From an uncultured Alphaproteobacteria bacterium (lineage in GTDB: Bacteria; Pseudomonadota; Alphaproteobacteria; Rhizobiales; Xanthobacteraceae), in assembly GCA_963738705.1 (NCBI GenBank), contig CAVTXS010000032.1, positions 58,340-122,339 on the forward strand: a stretch of DNA of 64,000 nucleotides. Reading direction: 5' to 3'. Shown here piece by piece: positions 51,997-62,196 of the stretch. The number at the start of each line of letters is the position of its first letter. The first letter of the stretch is position 1. The position numbers and the translations under genes were made by a program. The notes under the pieces are model-generated. The model had not been told where the DNA came from and ran no database searches. It saw only the letters and a program-made list of their open reading frames with translations.

Positions 51997-53673
51997 ATGC
52001 CCAAGATGACAGGCGCCGAGGTTTTCGCCGACATGCTGAAAGGCTACGGCGTCACTGCCGTCTTCATGGTGCCGGCGGTGGCGCGGCGCACCTTCGCCGA
52101 GATGGAGCGCCGCACCGAGATCAAGCGCATTCACACCCATGGCGAGAAATCGGCCGCCTATATGGCGGACGGCTACGCGCGCGCGACCGGCCGGCCCGGC
52201 GTGTGCATGGCGCAGGTGATCGGCGCGCTCAATCTCGCCGCCGGCCTGCGCGACGCCTATCTGGCGCATTCGCCCGTGATCGCCATCACCGGCGGCCGCG
52301 ATCCGAAGACGAAGTTCCGCAAGGTCTACCAGGAGGTCGACGACGTGCCGGCATTCGAGCCGGTCACCAAGTTCAACGCCACCGTCGATGCGGTCGAGCG
52401 CATTCCGGACATGGTGCGGCAGGCTTTCCGCGTCGCGGTCTCCGGTTCGCCCGGCCCGGTGCACCTGCAATTCCGCGGCAACGAGGGACAGCTCGACGCC
52501 GAGGAAGCCGAGATGGATCCGCTCACGGAGGAGCTGTTCGCGCAGGTGCCGCCGTTCCGGCCGGAGCCGCAGCGCGAGCACGTGCTGGCTGCGCTCAGAC
52601 TGCTGCAGGAGGCCGAGCGGCCGGTGATCGTCGCCGGCGGCGGCGTGCGTCAATCGGGCGCCGGCGGCGAATTGGTCGCGCTGGCCGAGACGCTGCAGAT
52701 CCCGGTCGCCACCTCGCTCAACGGCAAGGATGCGATCCCCGGCACGCATCCGTTGTCGGTCGGGGTCGTGGGCAGCTACTCGCGCGAGAGCGCCAACCGC
52801 GTGGTCGCGCAGGCCGACCTGGTCTGCTTCGTGGGTACCGAGACCGGCGGCATGACGACGCATTTCTGGGCGGTGCCGAAGATCGGCGTGCCGGCGATCC
52901 AGATCGACATCGACCCGGAGGCGCTCGGCCGCAACTATCCGCTCAAGGCCGCGGTGCTGGGCGATGCCAGAACAGCGCTGGCGCGCATGAAAGAGCAAGC
53001 CGATGGCGGCACGGCGGCGCGCCGCCAGGCCTGGGTCGCGCAGGCGCAGGCGATCTGCCAGGAGTGGCAGGACAAATACCGCCCGCTGCTGGAATCCAAT
53101 GCGGTGCCGATGCGGCCCGAGCGGCTGTGCGCGGAGCTGACGCGGCATGTGCCCGACGACGCCATCGTGGTGGTCGACACCGGCCATGCCGGCATGTGGA
53201 TGGGCGGCATGTACGACCTGCGCTCGCCCAAGCAGAGCTACATGCGCAGCGCCGGCCATCTCGGCTGGGCGTTTCCCGCCGGGCTCGGCGCCAAGTGCGC
53301 GTGCCCGGACCGGCCGGTGGTGACGTTCACCGGCGACGCCGGCTTCTGGTACCATATCGGCGAAGTCGAGACCGCGGTGCGCTGGAGCCTCAACGCCGTC
53401 ACCATCGTCAACAACAACGGCAGCGGCAACCAGTCGAAGCGCGGCTTCGACCGCGTCTACGGCGGCCAGCAGACCCAGAAGGCGCGCGAATTGTGGACCT
53501 ACACGCAGGTCAACTTCGCCCGCGTCGCCCAGGACATCGGCGCGCTCGGCCTGCGGGTCGAGAAGCCGAGCGAGTTCGCGCCGGCGCTCGCGCGCGCGCT
53601 CGCCGCAGAGCGGCCGGTCGTCATCGACGTGATCACCGACATCGATGCGCTGGCGCCGCTGGCGGTGAGCTAG
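51997..53673 (+). CDS. thiamine pyrophosphate-dependent enzyme (acetolactate synthase large subunit-like)
   Basis: 558 aa. TPP-binding motif GDAGFWYHIGEVETAVRWSLNAVTIVNNNGSGN. Confidence 0.88.
   Translation: MPKMTGAEVFADMLKGYGVTAVFMVPAVARRTFAEMERRTEIKRIHTHGEKSAAYMADGYARATGRPGVCMAQVIGALNLAAGLRDAYLAHSPVIAITGGRDPKTKFRKVYQEVDDVPAFEPVTKFNATVDAVERIPDMVRQAFRVAVSGSPGPVHLQFRGNEGQLDAEEAEMDPLTEELFAQVPPFRPEPQREHVLAALRLLQEAERPVIVAGGGVRQSGAGGELVALAETLQIPVATSLNGKDAIPGTHPLSVGVVGSYSRESANRVVAQADLVCFVGTETGGMTTHFWAVPKIGVPAIQIDIDPEALGRNYPLKAAVLGDARTALARMKEQADGGTAARRQAWVAQAQAICQEWQDKYRPLLESNAVPMRPERLCAELTRHVPDDAIVVVDTGHAGMWMGGMYDLRSPKQSYMRSAGHLGWAFPAGLGAKCACPDRPVVTFTGDAGFWYHIGEVETAVRWSLNAVTIVNNNGSGNQSKRGFDRVYGGQQTQKARELWTYTQVNFARVAQDIGALGLRVEKPSEFAPALARALAAERPVVIDVITDIDALAPLAVS
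53608..53673. repeat. direct repeat copy A (3' end of the TPP-enzyme gene)
   Basis: gagcggccggtcgtcatcgacgtgatcaccgacatcgatgcgctggcgccgctggcggtgagctag recurs at about 90% identity at 54762..54825. Confidence 0.8.
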
Positions 53674-53770
53674 AGAAGGGACGCCCGCTCACATTGCGAG
53701 CGCTGCAGAATTAGCGCGATACTCCCGGCCGCCCTATCCGCCCGACCGGGGGCGCAAACGGGGGCAGTGC

Positions 53771-54724
53771 ATGGCACCGCAGGCCTCGCTTACCAAGCTC
53801 GATGAGGCTCGCTACCGCCGAGACGCGTTCGACGACTTCAATGCCGGACTGGATCAATTTCATCTCGGCAACGCGCAGGCGCTGATGTGGATGTCGCAGC
53901 TCGCCTATGAGACGGACGACCGCCCGAAGATCGAGCGAATCCTTCAGCGATGGGACCTCAAGACGATCGACGTGGTGCGAGAACCGACTACCCATCCTCT
54001 CAATCTGAAGATTTCGTCTCCCCTCATCCTCAGTCGCGCCATCGTCGCCGCAGGGCGCGGCGCCACGATCGTCGCCTTTGCGGGCACGAATCCGCTCGAG
54101 CCCGGCGATATATTGACCGATATCATGCTGGGTCGATCGAAAGAAATTCACGAGGGCTTCGAGGCCGTCGCGGAAGCCGCATGGACGCGCGTACGGCCGG
54201 CGCTCGCCGAGGCAATCGAGGGGCGCCTTTTCATCACCGGCCATAGCCTTGGTTCGGCGATCGGCACCATCGCCGCGCTGCGCGTCGTAGAGAAGCCGAC
54301 GCCGCCCGTCGAGGCGGACGGGGTGCAAAAGTACGGCTTCGGCACACCGCGCGCACTGCGACCGGACGGCGCCAGCCGCTACAACGCCACGAGTCTGCCG
54401 CAACGAACCTTTCGCCTGGTGCACGGGTCCGACTTCGTCGCCAGTGTTCCGCCCTCCGTGTTGAATTTCGTCCACGTCGGGCGGCCGCATCTGTGCGGCT
54501 CGGGCAAAACGTTCGATCCGGCCGGGCCGCCGCAACGATTCGACGACGTGCCGGATCTCGGCGCGCAGGTGCTCGGCGGAGTGGGGCAACTCTCCAGCTT
54601 TTTCAAAGCGCCGTTTTCGCCGCGGCCGACGTTGCTCGATTCGTTTCTGGCCACGCTGATTCCCCCGGTCCGCGACCACGTGCCCCACGCGTATCTCCAC
54701 GCGCTCGGGAAGCCGATTCCGTGA
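53771..54724 (+). CDS. class 3 lipase-family protein
   Basis: 317 aa with a GHSLGSA nucleophile motif (LFITGHSLGSAIGTIAAL). GC is visibly lower than in flanking genes. Confidence 0.8.
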   Translation: MAPQASLTKLDEARYRRDAFDDFNAGLDQFHLGNAQALMWMSQLAYETDDRPKIERILQRWDLKTIDVVREPTTHPLNLKISSPLILSRAIVAAGRGATIVAFAGTNPLEPGDILTDIMLGRSKEIHEGFEAVAEAAWTRVRPALAEAIEGRLFITGHSLGSAIGTIAALRVVEKPTPPVEADGVQKYGFGTPRALRPDGASRYNATSLPQRTFRLVHGSDFVASVPPSVLNFVHVGRPHLCGSGKTFDPAGPPQRFDDVPDLGAQVLGGVGQLSSFFKAPFSPRPTLLDSFLATLIPPVRDHVPHAYLHALGKPIP

Positions 54725-54761
54725 TCCGCCGCAGGCGAACGGACATCGCACCGGCGCGGGG

Positions 54762-54825
54762 GAGCGGCCGGTCGTCATCGACGTCATCACCGACATTGAT
54801 GCTGGCGCCCCTGGCGGCGACCTGA
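54762..54825. repeat. direct repeat copy B (orphan duplicate of the TPP-enzyme gene tail)
   Basis: gagcggccggtcgtcatcgacgtcatcaccgacattgatgctggcgcccctggcggcgacctga would read ERPVVIDVITDID..., the same as the gene end at 53608. Confidence 0.8.
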
Positions 54826-54957
54826 GGCGCGCGCCGCGTCCTCGGGGGCGCACGCGGCGTGCGCGCCCTGGTCGCCTTGACTCTAGGGACCTCGCGGCTT
54901 CCACTTGCGGCCAGCAAAGAGCCGAAAACGGCTGCCGCCGGGCCAGAGGGAGACCGC

Positions 54958-56487
54958 ATGACCGCCATCCACGGCAAGCTCGTCGCCGCGCTCGTCGCCG
55001 CCTTCGTCTCGGTTAGTCCCGCGCTCGCGGGCAAGAAGGACAATTCACTGCGCTTCGGCTACGACCAGGTGCTCGACCACGTCGATCCCTATTTCAACAG
55101 CAACCGGGTCGGCGTGATCATCGCGCCAGCACGTGTGGGACACCCTGATCTACCGCGACCCCAAGACCAACGAATACCAGGGCCAGCTGGCGACGGCCTG
55201 GCAATGGATCGACGACAAGACCCTCGAGCTCGAGCTGCGCCGGGGCGTCAAGTTCCATGACGGCGCGGCCTTCTCCGCCGACGACGTCGTCTATACGCTC
55301 AATTTCGTATCGAATCCCGACAACAGGGCGGTCACCCAGCAGTACGTCAGCTGGATCGCCCGCGCCGAGAAGCTCGACACCTACCGGGTGCGCATCATCG
55401 CCAAGGAGCCGTTCCCGGCGGCGATCGAGTACCTGGCCGGTCCGCTCGCGATCCACCCGCACCGAGTACTACGCCAAGGTCGGCCCCAAGGGCATGAACG
55501 AGAAGCCGATCGGCTCCGGCCCTTACCGGGTCACCGAGCACGCGCTCGGCAAATACATTCGCTTCGAGCGCAACGCCGATTACTTCAAGGACGGGCCCAA
55601 GCCGCAGCCGAAGATCGACAAGCTGGAGATCCGCTTCATTCCCGATCGCCAGACGCAGATCGCCGAGATGCTGTCGGGCGGCCTCGACCTGATCATGAAC
55701 GTGCCGCTCGACCAGGCGGTGCAGCTGCGCGACGCTGCCGCACCTGCAGGTCCTTTTCGGCGAGACCATGCGCATCAAGTTCCTGCAACTCGATACCGAC
55801 CGACCGGTCGCTGGTCGCCGCAGTTCAAGGACGAGCGCGTCCGCCGCGCCGTGCTGCATGCCATCGACCGCGAGGGCATGCTCAAGTCGATCGTCGGCGA
55901 AGGCGCGCGCGTCATTCATACCGTCTGCTTCCCCGGCCAGTTCGGCTGCACCGACGAGGGCGCGCCGCGCTACGCCTACGATCCCGGCGAAGTCGAAGCA
56001 GTTGCTGGCAGAGGCCGGGCTGGCCCAAGGGTTTCGAGGTCGATCTCTATGCCTGGCGCGAGCGCAACCACGTCGAGGCCATCGTCGGCTATCTGCGCAC
56101 GGTCGGCATCAAGGCCAATCTGCGCTTCATGCAATATGCGGCCGCGCGAGACGCCGTGCGCGCCGGCAAGGCGGCGATGACGTTCCAGAGCTGGGGCTCG
56201 GCCTCGATCAACGACGTCTCAGCCATGACGCCGATCTTCTACAAGGGACTTCCCGACGATCGCAACCTCGATACGGACGTGCGCGATCTGCTGCGACAAG
56301 GGCGATACCACCGTCGAGGCGGCGGTCCGTAAGGAAGCGTACAAGTCCGCGCTGGCGTTGATCGCAGGAGCGCGCCTATGCGTTGCCGCTGTACTCGATG
56401 CCCGCCTATTTCGTCGCTACCAAGGATCTGAACTTCGAACCCTACACGGACGAAATCCCGCGCTTCTGGGAGATGAGCTATAGGTAG
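54958..56487 (+). pseudogene. ABC peptide/nickel-type (family 5, DppA/OppA-like) binding protein, copy 1, about 8 frameshifts
   Basis: MTAIHGKLVAALVAAFVSVSPALAGKKDNSLRFG... Segments are followed through all three frames to ...PRFWEMSYR*. Paralog of 56523..58051. Confidence 0.75.
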
Positions 56488-56522
56488 TAGCTCGCGGGCT
56501 TGGCACTCACTCGGAGGGATTC

Positions 56523-58051
56523 ATGGGCGTTGCGCGACTGGGCTTGAGTATCGTTCTGTTGGGCGGTTTGGTCGCCGGCGGACCGGCCTTCGCCGGCAAG
56601 AAGGACAACTCGGTCCGCTTCGGCGACCCGCAGGTGCTCGACAATGCCGATCCCTATTTCAACAGCGTCCGCATCGGCGTGATCTTCTCGCACCACGTCT
56701 GGGACACGCTGATCTACCGCGATCCCAACGACCAACGAATACAAGCGGCCGGCTCGCGACCTCCTGGAAATGGGTCGACGACACAGACGCTGGAGATGGA
56801 GCTGCGCCGCGGCGTGAAGTTCCACAACGGCGCGGAGTTCTCCGCCGACGACGTCGTCTACACGCTCAACTTCGTGTCCAATCCCGACAACAAGGCGATC
56901 ATCCAGGGCAACGTCAACTGGATCGCGCGCGCCGAGAAGCTCGACACGCTACAAGGTGCGCATCGTCACCAAGCGGCCGTTCCCGGCGGCGTTCGAGTAT
57001 CTCGCCGGGCCAATTCGCCATCCATCCGCACGAGTACTACGCCAAGGTCGGCCCGAAGGGCATGAACGAGAAGCCGATCGGCACCGGCCCCTATCGCGTC
57101 ACCGAGCATGCGCTCGGCAAGTACATCCGCATCGAGCGCAATCCCGACTATTTCAAGGACAGCCCGAAGGGGCAGCCGAAGATCGAGAAGGCCGAGTTCC
57201 GCTTCGTGCCCGACGCGCAGACCCGGGTCGCCGAGATCCTGGCCGGCAGCCTCGATCTGATCCGCCAGGTCACGGTCGACCAGGCGCGAGCAGCTCAAGG
57301 CGGTGCCGCACGTGCAGGTCGTCTCCGGCGAGATCATGCGCTTCGTGTTCCTGCAGTTCGACGCGCGGGAGAACACGCCGGCGCCGGCGCTGCGCGACAT
57401 CCGCGTGCGCAAGGCGATCATGCATGCGATCGACCGCGAGGCCATGGTGAAGTCGATCGTCGGCGAGGGCTCGCGCGTGCTGCACGCCTTCTGCTTCCCG
57501 TCGCAGTTCGGCTGCATCGACGAGAAGGCGCCGCGCTATGCCTACGATCCGGCGAAGGCCAAGGCGCTGCTGGCCGAGGCCGGATACCCGAACGGCCTCG
57601 ACCTCGAATTCTACGCCTACCAGGACCGCCCCCACACCGAGGCGATGATCGGCTACCTGCGGGCGGTCGGCATCCGCACCAGCCTGCGGTTCATGCAGTA
57701 TGCGGCGGTGCGCGACGCCGGCCGGTCCGGCAAGGCGGCGCTGTCGCACCAGACCTGGGGCTCGTTCTCGGTCAACGACGTCTCCGCCGCGACGCCGGCG
57801 TTCTTCAAGTTCACCCTCGACGACCTGGCGCGCGACCCCGAGGTCCGCGACCTGTTGGAGAAGGGCGACACCTCGATCGATGCGAAGGTGCGCGCCGACG
57901 CCTATGCGCGGGCGCTCGGGCTGATCCAGGAGCGCGCCTACGCGCTGCCGATGTACTCGCTGCCGGCGCTCGTACGCGGCCGCCAAGGATCTGGTGTTCA
58001 AGGCCTACGCGGACGAGATTGCCGCGCATCTGGGAGATGAGCTACAAGTAA
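56523..58051 (+). pseudogene. ABC peptide/nickel-type (family 5) binding protein, copy 2, about 8 frameshifts
   Basis: MGVARLGLSIVLLGGLVAGGPAFAGKKDNSVRFG... to ...PRIWEMSYK*. Collinear with copy 1, with the frame changing repeatedly. Confidence 0.75.
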
Positions 58052-58077
58052 CGGCTGGCTGCCGGGAGGACCGTTCA

Positions 58078-58998
58078 ATGCTCGCCTTCACGATCAAGCG
58101 TCTCGGGCTCGCGGTGCTGGTGGCGCTGGCGGTGTCGGCGCTCGCGTTCCTGGCGTTGCGCGCCTCCGGCGACGTGGCGATCGCGCTCGCCGGCGAAGGC
58201 GCGCGCGCCGAGGACATCGAGAACATCCGCCGCGTCTACGGCCTCGACCGGCCGCTGCTGGTCCAATACCTCGACTGGCTCGGCCACATGCTGCGCGGCG
58301 ACTTCGGCCAGTCGCTCTATTTCAAGACCGACGTGCTCGGCCTCGTGCTCGCCAAGCTGCCGACCACGGCGCTGCTCGCGCGTGCTCTCGCTCGGCTTCG
58401 CGCTGGCGATCTCGGTGCCGCTCGGCGTCCTCGCGGCGGTCTACCCGAACAGCTGGATCGACCGGCTGTGCCTCGCGCTCGCGGTGGTCGGGCAGGCGAT
58501 GCCGAACTTCTTCTTCGCGCTGATCCTGATCATGGTGCTGGCGGTCTGGCTCCACCTGCTGCCGGTCTCCGGCAGCGAGACCTGGGCGCATTTCGTCATG
58601 CCGACGATCGCGCTCGGCTACTACGTCGCGCCGCCGTTCATGCGGCTGGTGCGCGCCGGCATGATCGAGGTGCTCGCCTCCGACTACATCCGCACGGCGC
58701 GCGCCAAGGGCCTGTCCGGCGCCAGCATCATCGTGCAAGCATGCGCTGCGCAACGCGCTGGTGCCGGTGGTGGCGCTCGCCGCCGTGCAGCTCGGCTTCC
58801 TGCTCGGCGGCTCGGTGGTGATCGAGACGATCTTCGCGCTCGACGGCGCTCGGCTATCTCGCCTACCAGTCGATCACCCACATGGACATCCCGGTGACGC
58901 AGGCGATCGTCGCGCTGCTGTCGTTCATCTATGTCGGCCTCACGCTGGCGGCCGACCTCGCCAATGCCTGGCTCGATCCGCGCATCCGGGTGGGCTGA
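58078..58998 (+). pseudogene. ABC transporter permease (DppB/OppB-like), about 3 frameshifts (near 58380, 58735, 58850)
   Basis: MLAFTIKRLGLAVLVAL.. / LSLGFALAISVPLGVLAAV..YIRTARAKGLS / LRNALVPVVALAAVQLGFLLGGSVVIETIF / YQSITHMDIPVTQAIV..LDPRIRVG*. Confidence 0.75.
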
Positions 58999-59001
58999 CG
59001 C

Positions 59002-59902
59002 ATGACCGAAGCCTACGCGCCCGCGCTCATCGACATCGCCGGCCCGTCGCCGCAGGCGCTGCTGCGCCGGCGCATCTTCGCGCACAAGGGCCTGCTGATC
59101 GGCGCGACCGTGCTGGTCGCTCATCGTGCTGATGGCGCTGGTGGCGCCGCTGCTCGCGCCGCACGACCCCTACGCGCAGGACCTCACGCGGCGCCTGATC
59201 CCGCCGATCTGGCACGACAAGGGCACCTGGGCGCACCCGCTTCGGCACCGACAATCTCGGCCGCGACTATCTCTCCCGCGTCATCTACGGCGCGCGCATC
59301 TCGCTGCTGATCGGCTTTGCCGTGATGGTGATCTCGGGCCTGATCGGCACCACGCTCGGCCTTGCCGCCGGCTATTTCGGCGGCCGCGTCGACATGGCGG
59401 TCACCTTCATCATCACGGTGCGGCTCGCGATGCCGCTGATCCTGGTGGCGCTCGCCGTGGTCGCCATGGTCGGCGGCTCGCTGTGGATCGTGATCCTGGT
59501 GCTCGGCCTGCTCAAATGGGACCGCTTCGCGGTGGTCATGCGCGCCGCCACCCAGCAGGTGCGCTCGCTCGACTACGTCGCGGCCGCCGAGGCGACCGGC
59601 GCCTCCACGGCGCGCATCATCGTCGGCGAGGTGCTGCCCAACGTGCTGCCGCATCTCATCGTGGTGGCGAGCGTCGAGGCGGCGAGCGCGATCCTGCTGG
59701 AGGCGGCGCTGTCGTTTCTCGGCCTCGGCGTGCAGCCGCCGCTGCCGTCCTGGGGCCTGATGATCGCCGAGGCCAAGACCTACATGTTCTTCTCGTTCTG
59801 GCTGATCGCCATTCCGGGCACCGCGCTCGCGCTGCTCGTGCTGCCATCAACATGGTCGGCGACGGCATCCGCGACGTCTCCGCGCCCGGCGGCCGAGGCT
59901 GA
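59002..59902 (+). pseudogene. ABC transporter permease (DppC/OppC-like), about 3 frameshifts (near 59110, 59235, 59845)
   Basis: MTEAYAPALIDIAG.. / LMALVAPLLAPHDPYAQDL / FGTDNLGRDYLSRVIYGARISLLIG...EAASAILLEAALSFLGLGVQPP / AINMVGDGIRDV..*. Confidence 0.75.
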
Positions 59903-59903
59903 A

Positions 59904-60890
59904 TTGTCGCCTCCGCTGCTGAGCGTCGCGGAGCTTGCGGTCGACATCGCGACGCCGCGCGGCACGCTGCACGCGGTGCGCAACATCTCATTCGACATCG
60001 CGTCGGGCGAGACGCTGTGCCTGGTCGGCGAATCCGGCTGCGGCAAGTCGATGACCGCGCTCGCGCTCATGGGCTTGCTGCCCGATGCCGCCACCAGGAC
60101 GGCGCGCCGCGCTGTCGCGTTCGAGGGCGAGGACCTCGCCGGCCGCGCGCGGCTCGCCGGCCTGCGCGGCAACCGCATGGCGATGATCTTCCAGGAGCCG
60201 ATGACGGCGCTCAATCCCGCCTACACGATCGGCGACCAGCTCTCCGAGGTGCACCGCCGCCACAAGGGCTCGACCCAGGCGCAGGCGCGCGCCCGCGCGA
60301 TCGAGCTGCTGGAAAAGGTCGGCATCACCGCCGCCGCCGAACGGCTCGGCCAGTATCCGCACCAGCTCTCGGGGGGCTTGCGCCAGCGCGTCATGATCGC
60401 GATGGCGCTGATGTGCGGCCCCGCGCTGCTGATCGCCGACGAGCCGACGACGGCGCTCGACGTCACCATCCAGGCGCAGATCCTGCGGCTGCTGGTCGAG
60501 CTGCAGCGCGACCTCGGCATCGCTATCCTGCTGATCACGCACGACCTCGGCGTGGTGGCGCGCGTCGCGCATCGGGTCGCCGTCATGTATGCGGGCGAGA
60601 TCGTCGAGACGGGCGTCCGCGAGCGATCTGTTCGGCGCGCCGCAGCCATCCCTACACGCGCGGCCTGATGGCGTCGATCCCGGTGCCCGGACGCACTCCG
60701 CCCGGCGAGCATCTCGGCGCAATCCCCGGCATCGTGCCGTCGCTGATCGGCGACGTGCGCGGCTGCGCCGTTCCGCGACCGCTGCGCCTATGCCATCCCG
60801 ATCTGCGCGCATGACGTTCCGTGGCGCACCGCGAACGACCACGGCTGGCGCTGCGTCCACGAGCACCTGCCGGAGGCGGTGGCGGCATGA
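59904..60890 (+). pseudogene. ABC transporter ATP-binding protein (DppD/OppD-like), about 3 frameshifts in the C-terminal third
   Basis: Possible TTG start. Walker A GESGCGKS, LSGGLRQRVMIAMAL, LLIADEPTTALD. The oligopeptide C-terminal motifs HPYTRGL and CAYAIPIC are in other frames. Confidence 0.72.
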
Positions 60891-61860
60891 GCGCGTTGCT
60901 CGAAGCCCGCGGCGTTTCACGCAGCTTCCTGGTCGGGCGCGGCCTGTTCACGCGCAAGCGCGCGCTGCATGCCGTCGCCGACGTCAATCTCGACGTGGCG
61001 AAGGGCGAGGTGGTCGGCCTGGTCGGCGAATCCGGTTCCGGCAAATCGACGCTCGCCCGCATGCTGCTCGGCCTGCTGGCGCCGGACCGCGGCACCATCC
61101 GTTTCGCCGGCGAAGACATCGCCGGCATCGGCCGCCGCGCGCTGGCGCGGCGCATCCAGCCGGTGTTCCAGGATCCGTATTCTTCGCTCAATCCGCGCAA
61201 GACGCGTGGCGGCCATCGTGGCACTGCCGCTCGCCGTGCAAGGCATCGGCAGCGCGCGCGAGCGCCGGGCCAAGGCGATGGCGATGCTGTCGCGCGTCGG
61301 CCTGTCGCGCCGGCATGCCGACGCCTACCCGAGCGAGCTCTCCGGCGGGCAGCGCCAGCGCGTCGCCATTGCGCGCGCCCTGGTGGTCGAGCCGGAGATC
61401 GTGCTGCTCGACGAGCCGACCTCGGCGCTCGACGTCTCGGTGCAGTCGCAGATCCTCAATCTCCTGCTCGACCTGCGGCGCGATTTCGGGCTCACCTACG
61501 TGTTCATCAGCCACAACCTCGCCGTGGTGGAGCACATGGCGACGCGCGTCGCAGTGATGTATCTCGGCCGCATCGTCGAGATGGCGGAGCGCGACGCGCT
61601 GTTCCGCGCGCCGCGTCATCCCTACACGCGCGCGCTGCTCGATTCCGTGCTCACGCCCGGAGCCCGGGCTCGGCGTACCGGAGACCGGCCTCGGCCTCGC
61701 CATGCCCAACCCGCTCGCGCCGCCGCCCGGCTGCGTGTTCCATCCCCGCTGCGCCCAAGTCGGAGCGCGCTGCGCGGCGCAAGTGCCGCGACTCGTTTCC
61801 GACCAGGGCGGCATCGTCGCCTGCCACCTGTACGACGGAGGTACCCAGTTGGCCGCATGA
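60887..61860 (+). pseudogene. ABC transporter ATP-binding protein (DppF/OppF-like), about 2 frameshifts (near 61205, 61665)
   Basis: The ATG overlaps the upstream stop (ATGA). [43 protein letters not shown], and the C-terminus GCVFHPRC are spread over three frames. Confidence 0.75.
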
Positions 61861-61887
61861 ATCGCGAAGCCGCAATCGCCGGCTGAT

Positions 61888-61992
61888 ACAAGGGTGGGCA
61901 AAGCAGCCGCGAAGCGGCGCGTGCCCACCGTCGAGGGCCCGGAAAATCCGCGTGGGCACGGCGCGCAAGCGCGCGCCTTTACCCACCCTTGT
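61888..61992. repeat. REP-like nested palindrome, family B
   Basis: acaagggtgggcaaag..gcgcgtgcccac..gtgggcacggcgc..ctttacccacccttgt. Same family as 5524..5600. Sits directly after the last dpp gene and directly before the IS110 element. Confidence 0.7.
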
Positions 61993-62033
61993 ATTAGCGT
62001 GATTCGATATTGTGGAGGCGCTCCGAGAGGAAT

Positions 62034-62065
62034 GGTCCGGCCTGGGTGGCGACCCAGGCCGGACC
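62034..62065. repeat. perfect 14-bp stem / 4-nt loop hairpin in the IS110 5' non-coding region
   Basis: ggtccggcctgggt ggcg acccaggccggacc. Confidence 0.7.
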
Positions 62066-62196
62066 GCCGGTCGTCGGATCGCTGCCCACCGTAGCCGCAA
62101 GGGCTGACTTTGGTAGCAAGATCGCGATCGGCTCTTCATCGGACCCGGATGGTTGAAGGAACCGTGGGTTCGCATCACAAGGAAGGGTCGAGGAAG

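Noticed and set aside
54958-61860. Programmed ribosomal frameshifting or transcriptional slippage as an explanation for the broken dpp, rplU, rpmA and pyrD genes.
   Set aside because: There are far too many events per gene (up to 8), in both directions, with no shared slippery heptamer or downstream structure. None of these families is known to use recoding.
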